Below the pieces are notes generated by a model. It ran no database searches, was not told the DNA's origin, and was given only the letters and a program-made list of their open reading frames with translations. DNA of 63,305 nucleotides, the filler included, from Octopus bimaculoides (Eukaryota), in assembly GCF_001194135.2 (NCBI RefSeq). It is 5 parts of 4 records of this genome, joined end to end, with 100 filler letters (N's around TTAATTAATTAA, not from the genome) between each part and the next. Parts side by side here need not be neighbours in the genome. Positions count along the whole stretch, not along the records: positions 58,603 to 63,305 come from NC_068993.1; 4 more parts are not named here. One strand, given 5' to 3'. Shown piece after piece: positions 62,187-63,305 of the stretch (positions within the stretch are counted from its first letter, which is position 1; every line of letters begins with the position of its first letter). The position numbers and the translations under genes are program-made.

Positions 62187-62363
62187 TCCTAACTTGAAGC
62201 CATAAGAAAAGTTTTCTCCAGTTTCATCGACTGCCATCAAGTCATACCAATACTGGGCTGGGCCATACCTCCAGGGTGGGACCTCAAATCTGTGCTCAAT
62301 ATCAGTGTTCTTGTCTTGTTTGCTGGACGACGATCGACTCTCTATTGGACGTACTACAATCTC
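62187..62363 (-). CDS. TAF1: TFIID subunit 1 exon (177 nt, phase 0 to 0); absent from the ORF track
   Basis: EIVVRPIES...PPWRYGPAQYWYDLMAVDETGENFSYGFKLG resembles TAF1 [28 protein letters not shown]; strong acceptor and GTAAGA donor. Confidence 0.93.
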
Positions 62364-62519
62364 CTGTGATGGAAAAAGAAGAACAAAACAGATATTTTAG
62401 ACATGCAATACATTATCTTAGACACACTCACTCACATGATATAGACACATGGACAACAGAATATGAAACCAAACAACAGAATATTAAACACAGTGATTTG
62501 CTCTTATAGTTACTTCATC

Positions 62520-62810
62520 ATCATCATCATCAATTAATGTCCATTTTCCATGCTGGCATGGGTTGGACGGTTCAACTGAAAACTGGTAAACTGGAGAGCT
62601 GCACCAGGTTCCAGTCTGATTCGACTTGGTTTCTATGGCTGGATGCCCTTCCTAACACCAACCATTCCAAGAGTGCAGTGGGTACTTCTTACATGTCACC
62701 AGCACAGATGCTGGTGACTTAGTACCAGCATTGGCCACAACTACGATCTCACTTGGCTTGACAGGTCTTCTCAAGCACAGTATATCACCAAAGGTCTCAG
62801 TCACTTGTCC
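62520..62810 (-). mobile_element. Family C repeat, reverse
   Basis: CATCATCAT...CCATGCTGGCATGGGTTGGA...GGATGCCCTTCCTAAC. Confidence 0.8.
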
Positions 62811-63305
62811 CTATCTCTAAAAACAGAGCATCAGTAGTTCTTCATCCTGGTACAAAGTTAACATCTCATCTAAACTAATTTCCTTCTTAATTAGTCTCTA
62901 CTATAATCTATCTATAAAATTCAAAACTTGGTTAAGTTGACAATGATACTGAGACACAAGTCACTGAGGATGATAACCTCTCTATGCTACCTAACTGTCT
63001 ATAATATCATAATATCATTTCCATGAATTTTTCTTCTTGGTATCGGTGAGGGCATGTGAACCCCTATCATTCAGTACACACTTTTCGCCAACAATACATA
63101 CACACACACACACTCTTTTGTCATACAAAATGCCTCACACTTTTAACCCTCATGACACAGAACAGACATATGTGTACGCACGCACACACACACACATGGT
63201 GATGAGGTAAATGTAATGATGAGGGTAGTGGTGCAGTTTAGTGACAGTGGTAGTGAGGAGCAGAAGCAGGAGGTGCAGAAGGAAGAGGAGATGAGGGGTG
63301 TAGGG

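Overview
AT-rich, repeat-dense animal genomic DNA from a gapped draft assembly. The SINE and microsatellite landscape looks like octopus or another coleoid cephalopod; this is an inference, and no species can be proven from the sequence. There is no prokaryotic content, CRISPR array, rRNA or true tRNA. Almost all long ORFs in the track are artefacts of N runs or microsatellites. Reading splice sites by hand gives three minus-strand genes. (1) Five frame-consistent exons of TAF1 at 58968-62363. (2) Two Calx-beta exons of a FREM2/ECM3-like matrix gene at 41582-43225. (3) An unrecognised multi-exon gene across about 0.6-26.6 kb that starts with a PLAT/LH2 domain split over two exons and continues into Cys-containing exons I cannot assign; this is the best novelty candidate. 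Mobile DNA includes Penelope-like elements (one with a hammerhead-ribozyme-like core), a Helitron Rep fragment, a 165-bp mini-Helitron, Chapaev3-like, DD37D and mariner elements, hAT and mariner MITEs, an RTE fragment, a 3' LTR, an unclassified long-TIR element and at least four SINE-like families. Four fixed 100-bp gaps carry a TTAATTAATTAA linker and mark joins of unknown size, so gene order across them is unreliable. Repeat boundaries are approximate unless a target-site duplication (TSD) is given.
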